From positions 1 to 36,504 of the forward strand of contig JAPVWS010000049.1 in assembly GCA_027493295.1 (NCBI GenBank): a DNA stretch of 36,504 nt, read 5' to 3'. The number at the start of each line of letters is the position of its first letter. Position 1 is the stretch's first letter. The notes beneath the pieces were generated by a model. The model was not told where the DNA came from and ran no database searches. It saw only the letters and a list, made by a program, of their open reading frames with translations. Source of the stretch: Candidatus Versatilivorator vitaminiformans. GTDB taxonomy: Bacteria; Acidobacteriota; Terriglobia; Versatilivoradales; Versatilivoraceae. The position numbers were made by a program, and so were the translations under genes. Of this stretch, positions 17,000-28,052 are shown piece by piece.

Positions 17000-18955
17000 A
17001 TGAATCGCTCCGATCAACCCATTGAAGCCTTGCTGGACGAAGAGCGCCTCTTTCCGCCTCCGGACGAGTGCTCCCGAAACGCCAATATGGCCGATCCGGA
17101 TATCTACCAGCGGGCGGCCAAGGACCCCGAGGCCTACTGGGCCCAAGCTGCCGAAAGCCTGGAGTGGATGCGCAAGTGGGATCGGGTTCTGGACTGGAAG
17201 CCGCCTATTGCTCAATGGTTTGTGGGAGGTAAGCTAAACGTATCCGTCAATTGTCTGGACCGGCATGTTCGGGGCTGGAGGCGCAACAAGGCCGCCTTCA
17301 TTTGGGAGGGAGAGCCCGGCGAGGAGCGGGTCTTGACCTTTGCCGACCTCCACCGTGAGGTCAACCGGTTCGCCAATGCCATGAAGCGGCTGGGTGTGCA
17401 AAAAGGCGACCGGGTCACCATCTACATGCCCATGATCCCGGAATTGCCCATCGCCCTGCTGGCTTGTGCTCGAATCGGCGCCCCCCACAGCGTGGTCTTC
17501 GGCGGGTTCAGCGCCGAGTCCCTGCGAGACCGGATCAACGACGCTCAGTCCAAGCTGGTGATCACTGCCGACGGGAGCTACCGGCGCGGTCAGATCGTTC
17601 CCCTCAAGCGAAACGTGGACGCGGCCCTCAAGGACTGCCCCTGTGTCGAGAAGGTAGTCATGGTTCGAAGGATCGGGGATGCGGCTCCGGTGGCGGTAGA
17701 CGAGACCCGGGACGTCTGGTGGCACCGCGTCGTGGAAAATGTCCCGGCCTACTGCGAGCCCGAGCCCATGGACTCGGAGGACCCGCTGTTCATTCTCTAC
17801 ACCTCGGGGACCACGGCCAAGCCCAAGGGTATTCTGCACACCACCGCCGGCTACATCCTGGGGGCGTCCCTGACTCACAAGTGGGTGTTCGACGCCAAGG
17901 AAGAGGACGTCTACTGGTGCTCGGCCGACATCGGCTGGGTTACCGGGCACAGTTATATCGTCTACGGGCCCCTGGCCAACGGAACCACCGGGGTTCTCTA
18001 CGAGGGTTCCCCCGACTGGCCCGACAAGGACCGCTGGTGGGCCATGGTGGCCAAGTATGGCGTGAATGTCTTCTATACGGCTCCCACGGCCATCCGGGCG
18101 GTCATGAAGTGGGGCGAGTCCTATCCGGCAAAGCACGACCTGTCCACCCTGCGCCTGTTGGGGACGGTGGGCGAGCCCATCAACCCCGAGGCCTGGATGT
18201 GGTATCACGAGAAGATCGGGCAGGGGCGCTGCCCCATCGTGGACACCTGGTGGCAGACCGAAACCGGCTCCATCATGATTTCACCTCTGCCCGGGCTCAC
18301 CACCACCAAGCCGGGTTCGGCCACCTTCCCGCTTCCGGGCATCCATGCCGACGTGGTGGACGAGGCCGGCAACAGCGTGCCCCTGGGGGGAGGCGGCTAC
18401 CTGGTGCTCAAGTCTCCCTGGCCCTCCATGGCCCGCACCATCTACGGAGACCCGAAGAGGTATGAAGAGACCTATTGGCAGCGCTTCGGCAAGAACGTCT
18501 ATTTTGCCGGGGACGGCTGCAAGCGGGACGAGGAAGGCTACTTCTGGCTGTTGGGCCGCGTGGATGATGTCATGAACATCTCGGGGCACCGGTTGAGCAC
18601 CATGGAAGTGGAGAGTGCCCTGGTGGACCATCAGGAGGTGGCCGAGGCGGCCGTAATCGGCAAGAAGGACGATATCAAGGGAGAGGCCATTGCCGCTTTC
18701 GTCACCTTGAAGGAAGGGGCCGAGGGGAATGCCGGCAAGGTGGACGAGTTGAAGAAGCACGTGGTCCAGAAAATCGGACCCATTGCCCGGCCGCAGAGCG
18801 TGTACTTTACGGCCGAGCTGCCCAAGACCCGAAGCGGCAAGATCATGCGGCGGTTGCTGCGAGATATCGCCGAGGGGCGGGCCCTGGGGGATACCACCAC
18901 CCTGGCCGACGCCACCGTGGTGGCCAAGCTGAAGAGCCAGTACGAGGAAGGTTAG
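17000..18955 (+). CDS. acs: Acetyl-CoA synthetase (acetate--CoA ligase)
   Basis: [42 protein letters not shown]; 651 aa. Confidence 0.97.
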   Translation: MNRSDQPIEALLDEERLFPPPDECSRNANMADPDIYQRAAKDPEAYWAQAAESLEWMRKWDRVLDWKPPIAQWFVGGKLNVSVNCLDRHVRGWRRNKAAFIWEGEPGEERVLTFADLHREVNRFANAMKRLGVQKGDRVTIYMPMIPELPIALLACARIGAPHSVVFGGFSAESLRDRINDAQSKLVITADGSYRRGQIVPLKRNVDAALKDCPCVEKVVMVRRIGDAAPVAVDETRDVWWHRVVENVPAYCEPEPMDSEDPLFILYTSGTTAKPKGILHTTAGYILGASLTHKWVFDAKEEDVYWCSADIGWVTGHSYIVYGPLANGTTGVLYEGSPDWPDKDRWWAMVAKYGVNVFYTAPTAIRAVMKWGESYPAKHDLSTLRLLGTVGEPINPEAWMWYHEKIGQGRCPIVDTWWQTETGSIMISPLPGLTTTKPGSATFPLPGIHADVVDEAGNSVPLGGGGYLVLKSPWPSMARTIYGDPKRYEETYWQRFGKNVYFAGDGCKRDEEGYFWLLGRVDDVMNISGHRLSTMEVESALVDHQEVAEAAVIGKKDDIKGEAIAAFVTLKEGAEGNAGKVDELKKHVVQKIGPIARPQSVYFTAELPKTRSGKIMRRLLRDIAEGRALGDTTTLADATVVAKLKSQYEEG

Positions 18956-19064
18956 CTGCAACCGGTCCCTGCCGGACGCCCGGTCGCAGGATTGTGTCCG
19001 GCGGGCCTGAAGAGTTGAAATTTCAAGACGAAAAAACGCTATCGATCCAAGGAGGAAAGAACAC

Positions 19065-19583
19065 ATGGCGCAGGAACGAGCTGGAGCCACGACATTTCTG
19101 GGGAATCCATTGACGCTGATCGGTCCGGAGTTGAAGGCGGGAGACCCCGCCCCCGATTTCACCTTGACCTCCAACGACCTCAAACCTGTCCGGCTGTCCG
19201 ATTCCGCCGGCAAGGTGCGCCTCATCAGCGTGGTCCCCTCGCTGGATACGCCGGTATGCGACCAGCAGAGCCGGAGATTCAACCAGGAGGCCTCCGGTCT
19301 GGGTGACGGGGTGGTGGTCCTGACGGTTTCCGCCGATCTGCCTTTTGCTCAAAAGCGCTGGTGCGGGGCGGCCGAGGCGGATCAAGTCCAAACGCTCTCC
19401 GATCACCAGGAGATGTCTTTTGGAGCCAGTTACGGCACACTGGTCAAGGAGCTTCGGCTGAACAGCCGGGCCATTTTCGTGGTGGATGCCGCCGGCAGCC
19501 TCCGCCACGTGGAGTATGTCAAGGAAATCGCCTCCCATCCCGACTATGACGCGGCGCTGGCTGCTGCCAGGGACGCCGTTTAG
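19065..19583 (+). CDS. tpx: Thiol peroxidase (atypical 2-Cys peroxiredoxin)
   Basis: VPSLDTPVC, SADLPFAQKRWCGA, HPDYDAAL; AAGGAGG RBS. Confidence 0.95.
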   Translation: MAQERAGATTFLGNPLTLIGPELKAGDPAPDFTLTSNDLKPVRLSDSAGKVRLISVVPSLDTPVCDQQSRRFNQEASGLGDGVVVLTVSADLPFAQKRWCGAAEADQVQTLSDHQEMSFGASYGTLVKELRLNSRAIFVVDAAGSLRHVEYVKEIASHPDYDAALAAARDAV

Positions 19584-19768
19584 GCAAGTCTGGGATCGGA
19601 ATGCCGAATTCCTTCGATTTCGGCAGATTCCGGCCATCTGTCCGGACCGCCGGCGGGGGGCGTTAATCAGCGACCGCCCGCCCGGGCGGACGAATTCCAG
19701 CCATCCTGCCCAACCTCTTTCCTGAATTTGCACACAGTGTTTTCCAGCCATTCAAGGAGGGTCCTGGC

Positions 19769-21223
19769 GTGCCGGGTGTGAGAGTACGCTTTGCGCCTTC
19801 CCCCACCGGATCCCTGCACGTGGGTGGGGCGCGTACCGCGCTGTTCAACTGGCTGTTTGCCCGAGGTCAGGGCGGTCGCTTCATCCTCCGAATCGAAGAC
19901 ACCGACCGGGAGCGCTCCAGCCCGGAGATGATGGAAGACATTCTGGGAGCTCTCCAGTGGCTGGGCCTGGACTGGGATGAGGGCCCCTTCCTGCAGTCGG
20001 AACGACTGGAACGCTACCGCCAGGCGGCGGATCGGCTCTTGAGCGCGAACAAGGCCTACCGCTGTTTTTGTTCGACAGCCGAGTTGGCGGCCAAGCGCCA
20101 GGCGGCGTCCGCCTCGGGAAAGCCTTGGAAGTATGACGGCACCTGTCTCGGGTTGCCGCCGGACCGGTCAAGGGAGAAGCACGCCCGTGGTCTGCCCAGC
20201 GTGGTGCGTTTCAAGGGAACCCGTGACGGCGAGGTTGTATTCGAGGACCGGATCTTCGGGCGGATTGCCCATCGGACGGAGCAGATCGAGGACTTCGTGC
20301 TGGTTCGGTCCGACGGCATGCCCACCTACCACCTGGGCGTGGTGCTGGACGATCTGGACATGAAGATCAGTCACGTCATCCGCGGCGCCGACCATATTTC
20401 GAACACCCCCAAGCAAATCCTCCTCTACCAGGCCCTGGAGCGGCCCGTCCCCGTCTTTGCGCACCTTCCGCTGATTCTGGGTCCGGACCGGACCAGGCTC
20501 AGCAAGCGGCACGGGGCCACGGCGGTGACCACATACAGGGACCAAGGCTACCTGCCGACCCCGTTCTGCAACTTTCTGGCGCTGCTGGGCTGGTCGCCGA
20601 AAACCGAGGTGGAAACTCTGTCCACCGATGAGTTGATCCACCAGTTCTCACTGAGGGGTGTGAACAAGAGCAACGCCGTCTTCGACCTGGAAAAGCTGTC
20701 CTGGTTCAACAGCCGGTATCTGCGGAATGCCCCTGCCGCGAGGCTTCTTCCGCTGATCAGGGCCGAGCTGGAAAGGGAGGGGATTTGGAAAGAGGAGCTC
20801 GGTTCCTCCAGCAGGGCCTGGATGATGACGGTGGTTGATCTGCTCAAGCAGCGCGTCCGCATGGTTTCAGACTTCGCCAGCCAGGGCAGAGCCTTCTTCA
20901 CCGATGACTTCGAGATCGAAGACAAGGCCCGCCGCAAATTCCTCAAGAGTGACGCCCTGCAGGTTCTGATGCCCGAGCTGGCCGCGCGGCTCGGGTCCCT
21001 GCCGGCTTTCGGACTGGAGGAGACGGAATCGGCCCTTCGCGCCTTTGCCGCCGAAAAGGAGGTCAAGGCCGGTCTGCTCATCAACGCGGCCCGAGCGCTG
21101 CTGACCGGCAAGGCGGTAGCCCCGGGAATCTTCGAGGTCATGGTAGCTCTCGGGCAAAAACGGACCGTGACCCGCCTTTCGGACACGTCCTGGATGGAGG
21201 ATGAACCGCGGGCTGGGGAATAG
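19769..21223 (+). CDS. gltX: Glutamate--tRNA ligase
   Basis: RFAPSPTGSLHVGGART, LRIEDTD, HVIRGADH, RLSKRHG; full length with anticodon domain. Confidence 0.96.
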   Translation: MPGVRVRFAPSPTGSLHVGGARTALFNWLFARGQGGRFILRIEDTDRERSSPEMMEDILGALQWLGLDWDEGPFLQSERLERYRQAADRLLSANKAYRCFCSTAELAAKRQAASASGKPWKYDGTCLGLPPDRSREKHARGLPSVVRFKGTRDGEVVFEDRIFGRIAHRTEQIEDFVLVRSDGMPTYHLGVVLDDLDMKISHVIRGADHISNTPKQILLYQALERPVPVFAHLPLILGPDRTRLSKRHGATAVTTYRDQGYLPTPFCNFLALLGWSPKTEVETLSTDELIHQFSLRGVNKSNAVFDLEKLSWFNSRYLRNAPAARLLPLIRAELEREGIWKEELGSSSRAWMMTVVDLLKQRVRMVSDFASQGRAFFTDDFEIEDKARRKFLKSDALQVLMPELAARLGSLPAFGLEETESALRAFAAEKEVKAGLLINAARALLTGKAVAPGIFEVMVALGQKRTVTRLSDTSWMEDEPRAGE

Positions 21224-21232
21224 GAGGAATTT

Positions 21233-22450
21233 ATGGTTCGCCTGAAGCTCTCCGCCATGATGTTTCTGCAGTATTTCATCTGGGGGGCCTGGTACGTCAC
21301 CCTGGTCACCTATCTGAGCCAGACCCTTCGCTTCAGCGACAGCCAGATCGGCTGGGCCTATGCCACCACGGCCATCGCGGCCATGATCTCTCCGTTTTTC
21401 ATGGGGCTGGTGGCCGACCGATACTTTGCTTCCGAGAAGGTGCTTGCGGGACTGCACCTGGTGGGCGGGTTCCTGCTGTATTGGGTATCCGGCCTGGACT
21501 ACTTCAGCCACCTCTTCCCGGTGCTGTTGATCTACACCCTGTTCTACATGCCGACCCTGGCACTCACCAACTCCCTGTCTTTTCACCACATGGAGAGCCC
21601 GGAACGGGAATTCCCAAGGGTGAGAGTGCTGGGGACCATCGGGTGGATCGCCGCCGGGTTGCTGGTGGGCCGATTGCACCTGGAGGCCACCGCCGTGCCC
21701 CTGCAAATTGCGGCCGGGGCCTCGGTGCTTATGGGTCTCTACTGCCTGCTGCTTCCGCACACGCCTCCAAGGGGTGGCGGCCAGCCCTTCAGCCTCAGGG
21801 GCCTGCTCGGCCTGGATGCCCTGAGCCTGATGAGGGAGCGCTCCTTTGCCATCTTCGTAGCCGGATCGTTTCTGCTCTGCATTCCACTGCAGTTTTACTA
21901 CACCTTCACCAACTTGTTCCTCAACGAGATCGGCGTCAGCCAGGCCGCCAGCAAAATGACCCTGGGGCAGGGATCTGAAATTCTCTTCATGCTGGCCATG
22001 CCCTTCTTCCTGACCCGGGTGGGACTCAAGGGGACGCTGCTGATCGGCATGGCTGCCTGGGTGGCCCGCTATCTGCTGTTTTCCTGGGGCGACGGCAGCG
22101 AGCACCTGTGGATGTTGTTGGGAGGGATTCTCCTGCACGGCATCTGCTACGATTTCTTTTTCGTTGCCGGCCAGGTCTACGTGGACCGCAAGGCCCCCAT
22201 CCGGGTGCGGGCCGCGGCCCAGGGATTCATCGCCCTGGTCACCCTGGGCCTGGGCATGTTCGTGGGCGCCAGGGTGTCTGGGCTGGTGGTGCAGCATTAC
22301 AGTTATCTTGATGGGGCTGGTGCCGTGCAGCATCATTGGGGTGAGGTCTGGCTGGTGCCCGCGGTGGCGGCAGCGGTGGTGCTGGTGCTGTTTGCGTTCT
22401 TCTTTCGGCCCGGGAGGGTGGAGGCGAATGAAGCGTCCGGGTCGGGTTAG
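21233..22450 (+). CDS. MFS nucleoside:H+ symporter, NupG/XapB family
   Basis: [42 protein letters not shown]. Confidence 0.9.
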   Translation: MVRLKLSAMMFLQYFIWGAWYVTLVTYLSQTLRFSDSQIGWAYATTAIAAMISPFFMGLVADRYFASEKVLAGLHLVGGFLLYWVSGLDYFSHLFPVLLIYTLFYMPTLALTNSLSFHHMESPEREFPRVRVLGTIGWIAAGLLVGRLHLEATAVPLQIAAGASVLMGLYCLLLPHTPPRGGGQPFSLRGLLGLDALSLMRERSFAIFVAGSFLLCIPLQFYYTFTNLFLNEIGVSQAASKMTLGQGSEILFMLAMPFFLTRVGLKGTLLIGMAAWVARYLLFSWGDGSEHLWMLLGGILLHGICYDFFFVAGQVYVDRKAPIRVRAAAQGFIALVTLGLGMFVGARVSGLVVQHYSYLDGAGAVQHHWGEVWLVPAVAAAVVLVLFAFFFRPGRVEANEASGSG

Positions 22451-22529
22451 TCCGTCGCCCGCGACGGAATAGAGGCATGGGCCGACTGTTTCCCGCCTGA
22501 GCCGGTACCGGCGCCTATTAGTTCCTTTC

Positions 22530-22739
22530 ATGGAAACAGCCCTCAATATCCTGCTGGCTGTTCTGATCTTGGGCGGAAGCGCCTTCCTGACCCAGTGGTT
22601 CACGCACACCATGTACATCCGCTGCCGGAGCTGCGGGACCCTGAATGCCCGGCGGAGAACTCATTGCAGGGGGTGTTCCAGTCCGTTGGAAGAAAACTCC
22701 CGGGGAACGGGTCGCAGAGAAGGTCAGGGTCCTGGTTAG
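22530..22739 (+). CDS. Small membrane-anchored zinc-ribbon protein
   Basis: N-terminal hydrophobic helix followed by CRSC-x12-CRGC. Confidence 0.65.
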   Translation: METALNILLAVLILGGSAFLTQWFTHTMYIRCRSCGTLNARRRTHCRGCSSPLEENSRGTGRREGQGPG

Positions 22740-22835
22740 GGATGCCGAGGGCGCTTTGACCGGGCCGGCCAGAGTTGTGCTAATCTGAAAAATGGCGGGA
22801 GGCGCTGCTTTCCTCCCGCGGAAACGAGGCTCTCC

Positions 22836-23993
22836 GTGTTCCGGGATACTCTGGGCCTGGCTTTGAAAAATGCTCTGCGCAACCGGCGTCGAACGCTGCT
22901 GACGGTTGCGAGCATCAGCATTTCCCTGTTTCTGCTGGGAGTACTCCTTTCGGTCTATCAGGCCTTCTACCATCAGGAAGGTCCTCCCGAGCAGGCCCTG
23001 CGGTTGGTGACCCGAAATCGGGTCTCTCTGACCTTCTCCCTTCCCGAATACTATGAACAGCAGATCCGCAAGGTACCGGGCGTGCGCGAACTGGTGCCCA
23101 CCTCCTGGTTCGGAGGGGTCTATATCGACAATCGACCCGAGAACTTCTTCCCTCGGTTCGCCACCGATCCGGAAAGGATCTTCGAGGTCTACAAGGAGTT
23201 CACGGTGCCTCCCGAACAGCTCCAGGTCTTCCAGTCGGAGCGCACGGCCGCGGCTGTCGGCAAGACTCTGGCCGAGCGACTCAGCTTCAAGCTGGGCCAG
23301 CGGGTCACCATCAAGGGGGACATCTACCCGATGGACCTGGAATTGACCATTCGGGCCATCTTTGAAAGCGATGTCGAAAACCAGGACTTCGCGATGTATT
23401 TTCACCGGAAATACCTGGAAGAGGGACTGCCGCAGTCCCGGCGCGGGATGGTAGGAACTTTTGGCATCCTGGCCGATTCCGCCGAGGCGGTGCCCCGCAT
23501 CGCAAAGCAAATCGACGATCTCTATCGGAACTCGGAGCGCCAAACCAAGACCGAAACCGAGCGGGCCTTCCAGTTGAGCTTCGTTTCCATGCTGGGCAAC
23601 GTCAAGGTGTTCCTGCTCAGCATCTGCGGTGCCCTGGTGTTCACCATTCTGCTGGTGGCCGCCAACACCATGGGTATGTCGGTGCGGGAGCGGATCACCG
23701 AAATCGGGGTGCTCAGGACGCTGGGATTCACCTCCGGCAGGGTCCTGAGCATGATCGTGGCCGAGGCCGTCCTGATATCCCTGGCAGGGGGCCTGTTGGG
23801 TTGCGGTCTGGCCTGGGGGGCATCGGGGTTTTTGCGACAGTCCCAGCTCATGCTTTCCGGGCTGTCCTTTTCGCCACCGGTGTTCCTGATCAGTCTGTCC
23901 ATTGCCCTGGCCATCGGTATCCTGAGTTCCCTGGTCCCGGCCCTGGGAGCGACCCGTCTGCCCATCACTTCGGCCCTTCGCCATACTGGGTGA
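22836..23993 (+). CDS. ABC transporter permease, MacB/FtsX-like
   Basis: LRNRRRTLLT, large periplasmic domain, SVRERITEIGVLRTLGF. Confidence 0.92.
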   Translation: MFRDTLGLALKNALRNRRRTLLTVASISISLFLLGVLLSVYQAFYHQEGPPEQALRLVTRNRVSLTFSLPEYYEQQIRKVPGVRELVPTSWFGGVYIDNRPENFFPRFATDPERIFEVYKEFTVPPEQLQVFQSERTAAAVGKTLAERLSFKLGQRVTIKGDIYPMDLELTIRAIFESDVENQDFAMYFHRKYLEEGLPQSRRGMVGTFGILADSAEAVPRIAKQIDDLYRNSERQTKTETERAFQLSFVSMLGNVKVFLLSICGALVFTILLVAANTMGMSVRERITEIGVLRTLGFTSGRVLSMIVAEAVLISLAGGLLGCGLAWGASGFLRQSQLMLSGLSFSPPVFLISLSIALAIGILSSLVPALGATRLPITSALRHTG

Positions 23994-24147
23994 CAGCCTT
24001 CTGTGCTCAAGGAGCAGCCGGACAGTGGGGGAAAATCGAGTGTGTCCGAAACCGATTGAAGCGTTTTGTTCGGAGCCCCTGTGGCCGGACAGTGTTCCTA
24101 ACCTCGGCCTGGATAGTTGAGGCGGTGGGAAAGCCCTGAGTCACGAT

Positions 24148-25311
24148 ATGCCCTTGCCTCTCTCCTACAACTTGAAGAACCTGACGGTCCGCAAGACCAC
24201 CACGGTCATGACGGCCTTGGGGATAGGCCTCACGGTGGCAGTTCTACTGGGGATCCTGGCCCTGGTCGGAGGCCTGGAAAAGTCTCTCCAGGCCACTGGG
24301 CATCCGCTCCACCTTCTGGTAATGAGGAAGAACTCCCTCTCGGAGCTGGTCAGCCAGGTCACCCGCGAGGCTGTTTCGAGTATTCGCAATAAGCCGGGGA
24401 TTCAGCAGTTGGAGGGGGAGCCCATGGTTTCCCCCGAAATAGTGACCGTCATCAATTTGCCGCGCCACAACAGTCCCGAGGGGGCCAACGTGAACATCCG
24501 CGGTCTCTCCCCGATGGGCATCCGAATGCGTTCCAACCTGAAGTTGATGGAGGGCCGCTGGTTCCAGCCGGGTCAACGGGAAGTGGTGGTGGGCAAATCG
24601 ATCTCCAGGCGGTACGTCAACGCCGGCGTGGGGGACCGGCTGCGCTTCGGCCGCGGCGACTGGAGCGTGGTCGGTGTTCTTGACGCCGGCAGCACTGCCT
24701 TCGACAGCGAGATCTGGGTGGGTCTCAATCAACTGGCCACCGATTCCAATCGCATGGAAGTCCTTTCCTCGGTCCTGGTGCGTGCCTCCGACCCGGTGAG
24801 CCTGCAGGCGCTCCAGAACGCCCTGGCCGACGATCAACGGCTCTACCTGGAAGGCAAGAGGGAAGTGGACTACTACCAGGAGCAGACCGCCTCGGCCGAG
24901 CCGGTGAAGTTCCTGGGCATCTTCGTGGCCGTCATCATGGCCGTGGGAAGCTGCTTTGCCGCCATGAACACCATGTATGCCGCCGTGGCCCGCCGCTCGA
25001 GGGAGATCGGCACCCTGCGGGTGCTGGGTTTTTCGGGTGGCAGCATCCTGCTTGCCTTCGTGATCGAGTCGCTGCTGCTTTCCCTGCTGGGCGGGTTGAT
25101 CGGGGTGCTGCTGGTGCTGCCGCTGCATGGACTGGAGTCCGGTATCGGCAACAATCTTACCTTCAGCGAGACCGGTTTCGATTTTCGGCTCTCCCCGGCC
25201 ATCGTGGCCCTGGGTGTCGGATTCGCCTCGATCATGGGGCTGCTGGGCGGACTCTTGCCGGCACGAGGGGCTGCCAGGGAAAGCATTCTCAGTGCACTGC
25301 GGGAGTTGTAG
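24148..25311 (+). CDS. ABC transporter permease, MacB/FtsX-like
   Basis: EGRWF, NTMYAAVARRSREIGTLRVLGF, LPARGAAR. Confidence 0.92.
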   Translation: MPLPLSYNLKNLTVRKTTTVMTALGIGLTVAVLLGILALVGGLEKSLQATGHPLHLLVMRKNSLSELVSQVTREAVSSIRNKPGIQQLEGEPMVSPEIVTVINLPRHNSPEGANVNIRGLSPMGIRMRSNLKLMEGRWFQPGQREVVVGKSISRRYVNAGVGDRLRFGRGDWSVVGVLDAGSTAFDSEIWVGLNQLATDSNRMEVLSSVLVRASDPVSLQALQNALADDQRLYLEGKREVDYYQEQTASAEPVKFLGIFVAVIMAVGSCFAAMNTMYAAVARRSREIGTLRVLGFSGGSILLAFVIESLLLSLLGGLIGVLLVLPLHGLESGIGNNLTFSETGFDFRLSPAIVALGVGFASIMGLLGGLLPARGAARESILSALREL

Positions 25312-25314
25312 CCG

Positions 25315-26694
25315 GTGGTTGAATCGGGGAAAAATCTGGAGCAGGAACTTGACAGCCTGAGAATCCACAAGAGCCACAGGCGGTCCTCGAAGGGACCCTC
25401 ACGCTGGACATCCCGCTGGATCCTTGCCGGTATCGTGCTGCTGGTGGCCGTGAGCGCGGCTGTCACCGCCGCCCGCTTCGCCAGGCAGGAGATCGAAGTG
25501 GAGGTCTTCCGGGTGGTTGCGGGCGGTGAGCCCGGGTCTCAGGGCCCCACAGTGGTCCTGAACGCCTCCGGGTATATCGTGGCCCATCGCAAGATCCAGT
25601 TGACGGCCAAGGTGGTGGGAAAAGTCGCCTGGATCGGCGTCGAAAAGGGAGACTTGGTGGAGAAGGGACAGGTTCTGGTCAGGCTGGAGGACGCCGAGTA
25701 TCGGGCACAGGCCCAGCAGGCCGAGGGGCAACTGGCCAGCCTGCTGGCCCAATTGAGCGAGCTGGAGGCCGGTTCCCGTCCCGAAGAGATCGCTCGGGCC
25801 AATGCCAACCTGGCCCGCGCCCAGGCCGATCTGAGGAACGCCAGGATCAACCTGGATCGCGTTCGGAAGCTCTTCGAGGAAGAAGTTCTGCCCAGGCAGG
25901 ACCTGGACAACGCCCAGTCCCGCTTCGAGGCGGAGGCGGCCCGGGTGGAATCCCTGGCCAAGGAAGCCGACCTGGTGCGACTGGGGCCGCGGGAGGAACA
26001 GATCGAGGCGATGAAGGGACGGGTCAAGCAGGCCCGGGGCGCGCTGGCGCTTCGCCGCACCTTTCTGGACTCCACGGTGATTCGGGCTCCCATCACCGGA
26101 ACCATACTGGAAAAGGCGGTGGAGACTGGAGAATTCGTCACCACCAGCTTTGTGGGTGAGCGCGGGGCCAAGGGCTACGTGGTCACCCTGGCCGATCTGA
26201 ACGATCTTCAAGTGGAACTGGACATCAGCCAGGACGACTTCTCCAGGCTCTCCATGAAGCAAGAGGCCACCATCAGGACCGATGCCTTTCCGGACCGCTC
26301 CTACGGGGGCTATATTGCCGAGATCGCACCCGAGGCCAACCGGCAGAAGGCAACCGTGCAGGTCAAGGTCCAGGTGGCCGATCCCGACTCCTTCCTGAGA
26401 CCGGAGATGAATGCCCAGGTCGCCTTCCTGGCTCCCGACGAGCCACCCAACGGAGATCGGGCTCCCTCGGGTTCGCGGATTACCGTCCCCAGCGCGTCTG
26501 TGCGCGACCGGGAGGGCCGCAAGACGGTACTGGTGGTTCTGCAGGGCCGGGCCAGGGAACGCCCCGTCCGGATTGGAGATCTCACTGCCGAGGGCGTGGT
26601 GGTCACCGAGGGTCTGATCGGGGGGGAAGATGTGGTAGTGAATCCTCCCGGCAATCTTGCGGACGGGGACAGGGTTCGGACGGCAGGGAATTAG
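25315..26694 (+). CDS. Efflux periplasmic adaptor (MacA/HlyD-like membrane fusion protein)
   Basis: N-terminal TM, lipoyl halves ([13 protein letters not shown]; IRAPITGTI), long coiled coil, LRPEMNAQV. Confidence 0.92.
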   Translation: MVESGKNLEQELDSLRIHKSHRRSSKGPSRWTSRWILAGIVLLVAVSAAVTAARFARQEIEVEVFRVVAGGEPGSQGPTVVLNASGYIVAHRKIQLTAKVVGKVAWIGVEKGDLVEKGQVLVRLEDAEYRAQAQQAEGQLASLLAQLSELEAGSRPEEIARANANLARAQADLRNARINLDRVRKLFEEEVLPRQDLDNAQSRFEAEAARVESLAKEADLVRLGPREEQIEAMKGRVKQARGALALRRTFLDSTVIRAPITGTILEKAVETGEFVTTSFVGERGAKGYVVTLADLNDLQVELDISQDDFSRLSMKQEATIRTDAFPDRSYGGYIAEIAPEANRQKATVQVKVQVADPDSFLRPEMNAQVAFLAPDEPPNGDRAPSGSRITVPSASVRDREGRKTVLVVLQGRARERPVRIGDLTAEGVVVTEGLIGGEDVVVNPPGNLADGDRVRTAGN

Positions 26695-26735
26695 CGAGGC
26701 TATGCGTCAGGCCGACAGGCAGGAAAAAGAGATAT

Positions 26736-26775
26736 CCACGAAGCGACACGAAGAAAGACGAAGGGCCACTAAGGG
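26736..26775 (+). repeat. Four degenerate 10-bp tandem units (consensus nCACGAAGnn)
   Basis: CCACGAAGCG ACACGAAGAA AGACGAAGGG CCACTAAGGG. Confidence 0.65.
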
Positions 26776-26824
26776 GTTGGAGAAGGGTCGGGAAGGGGCC
26801 GCACAAGGTCGGAAAGGGGAATGC

Positions 26825-27526
26825 ATGGTCAACGATCTGGTGGTGGAGGCCACTGATCTGCACAAGGAGTTCCAGCGGGACGCCTTTCAGGTCATCGCCT
26901 TGCAGGATGTTCAACTGACGATCCAAAGAGGGGAATTTGTGGCATTCATGGGACCGTCGGGGTCGGGCAAGTCCACCCTGCTCTATCTCATTGCCGCCAT
27001 CGACCGCCCCACCCGGGGCCGCGTCGAGGTCCTGGGCCGGGACATCCTCCAACTCAAGGAGCGGGCCGTAGCGGACTGGAGAAACGAGAACATCGGTTTC
27101 ATCTTTCAGACCTTCAATCTCATTCCCGTCCTGACCGCCCGGGAAAACGTGGAGCTTCCCCTGCTGCTGACCCACCTCAGCCGTCAGGAGCGGGCCGAGC
27201 ACGCCGCTACCGCTTTAGGGCTGGTTGGATTGTCGGACCGAATGGATCACTATCCCCGCCAGCTTTCTGGCGGCCAGGAGCAACGGGTGGCCATCGCCCG
27301 AGCCATTGTGAGCGATCCCTCCATCATCCTCGCCGATGAGCCCACCGGAGACCTGGACGCCCAGTCGGCCCAGGAGATCCTCACCATTCTTTCCAGGTTG
27401 AACCGCGACCACGGGAAAACCATCCTGATGGTGACCCACGATCCCCATGCGGCTCGCCACGCCAGCAAGATCCGCTACCTGGAAAAGGGACAATTGCTGC
27501 CGGAAGGATCGCCCCAACCCGAATAG
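26825..27526 (+). CDS. ABC transporter ATP-binding protein, LolD/MacB-like
   Basis: [35 protein letters not shown]; start moved to ATG 26825. Confidence 0.95.
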   Translation: MVNDLVVEATDLHKEFQRDAFQVIALQDVQLTIQRGEFVAFMGPSGSGKSTLLYLIAAIDRPTRGRVEVLGRDILQLKERAVADWRNENIGFIFQTFNLIPVLTARENVELPLLLTHLSRQERAEHAATALGLVGLSDRMDHYPRQLSGGQEQRVAIARAIVSDPSIILADEPTGDLDAQSAQEILTILSRLNRDHGKTILMVTHDPHAARHASKIRYLEKGQLLPEGSPQPE

Positions 27527-27636
27527 CGTCGTCTCCGGATGGGTTTGGGTGAGATGGGCGATCCAGGCAAGTCGTGCCCCCGTCTTGCCGGGCAGATCAT
27601 TCGGGGAAGAAACTGCCGATCGTTTTTAAGGACGAA

Positions 27637-27666
27637 CCACGAATGAACACGAATAGACACAAATAC
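27637..27666 (+). repeat. Three 10-bp tandem units (consensus nCACGAATnn)
   Basis: CCACGAATGA ACACGAATAG ACACAAATAC. Confidence 0.7.
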
Positions 27667-27707
27667 CGATGGACCCTCCTATGCTGTGACGACGGTATGG
27701 GATGAAG

Positions 27708-27918
27708 CCACCCGGGAGCGCGGGCGTCCCGCCCGCATACGTCTTGGCACAGCCTTAGCTAATTCCTCCACCCGGCTCGACCGGAAACGGCGCCGGGACT
27801 CTGCTTCGGTCGCGTCAGGGCGGTTCCCGCCGGAAGGCGGCCGGGTGCCCAATCGCAGGGAAACTGAGCGAAACGTAACCGGAGTGCATGCGGGCGGGAC
27901 GCCCGCGCTCCCGGGTGG
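27708..27918. repeat. REPIN-like doublet of GGAG-type REP sequences
   Basis: Perfect 31-bp inverted repeat CCACCCGGGAGCGCGGGCGTCCCGCCCGCAT (27708-27738 and 27888-27918); each unit has GGAG followed by the hairpin GCGGGCG-TCC-CGCCCGC. Confidence 0.85.
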
Positions 27919-28052
27919 GCCTCCTCCGATTACTCTTGCTCCTCGAGGCGGGCGCGCCGGATTGCCGGGCCGCGGCCCTGCCGATGTAACAGAGCCGTCG
28001 AGCATTTTGATTGTGTAACAAACTGCCGGTGAGAAACTCCGGCGAGCCGCTC

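Noticed and set aside
19590-19700. GC hairpins between tpx and gltX as a T-box or terminator
   Set aside because: No T-box consensus and no U-tract after the stems
21248-21257. CTCTCCGCCA matching the att core
   Set aside because: Lies inside the intact nucleoside permease coding sequence among core genes; a 10-bp chance match is likely
20867-25377. Long minus-strand ORFs of 583, 488 and 377 aa
   Set aside because: Antisense shadows of gltX, the nucleoside permease and the ABC permeases, typical of high-GC DNA
26657-26824. N-terminal extension of the ABC ATPase in the ORF track
   Set aside because: Overlaps the adaptor gene and translates the 10-bp repeat tract; ATG 26825 gives a normal-length ATPase
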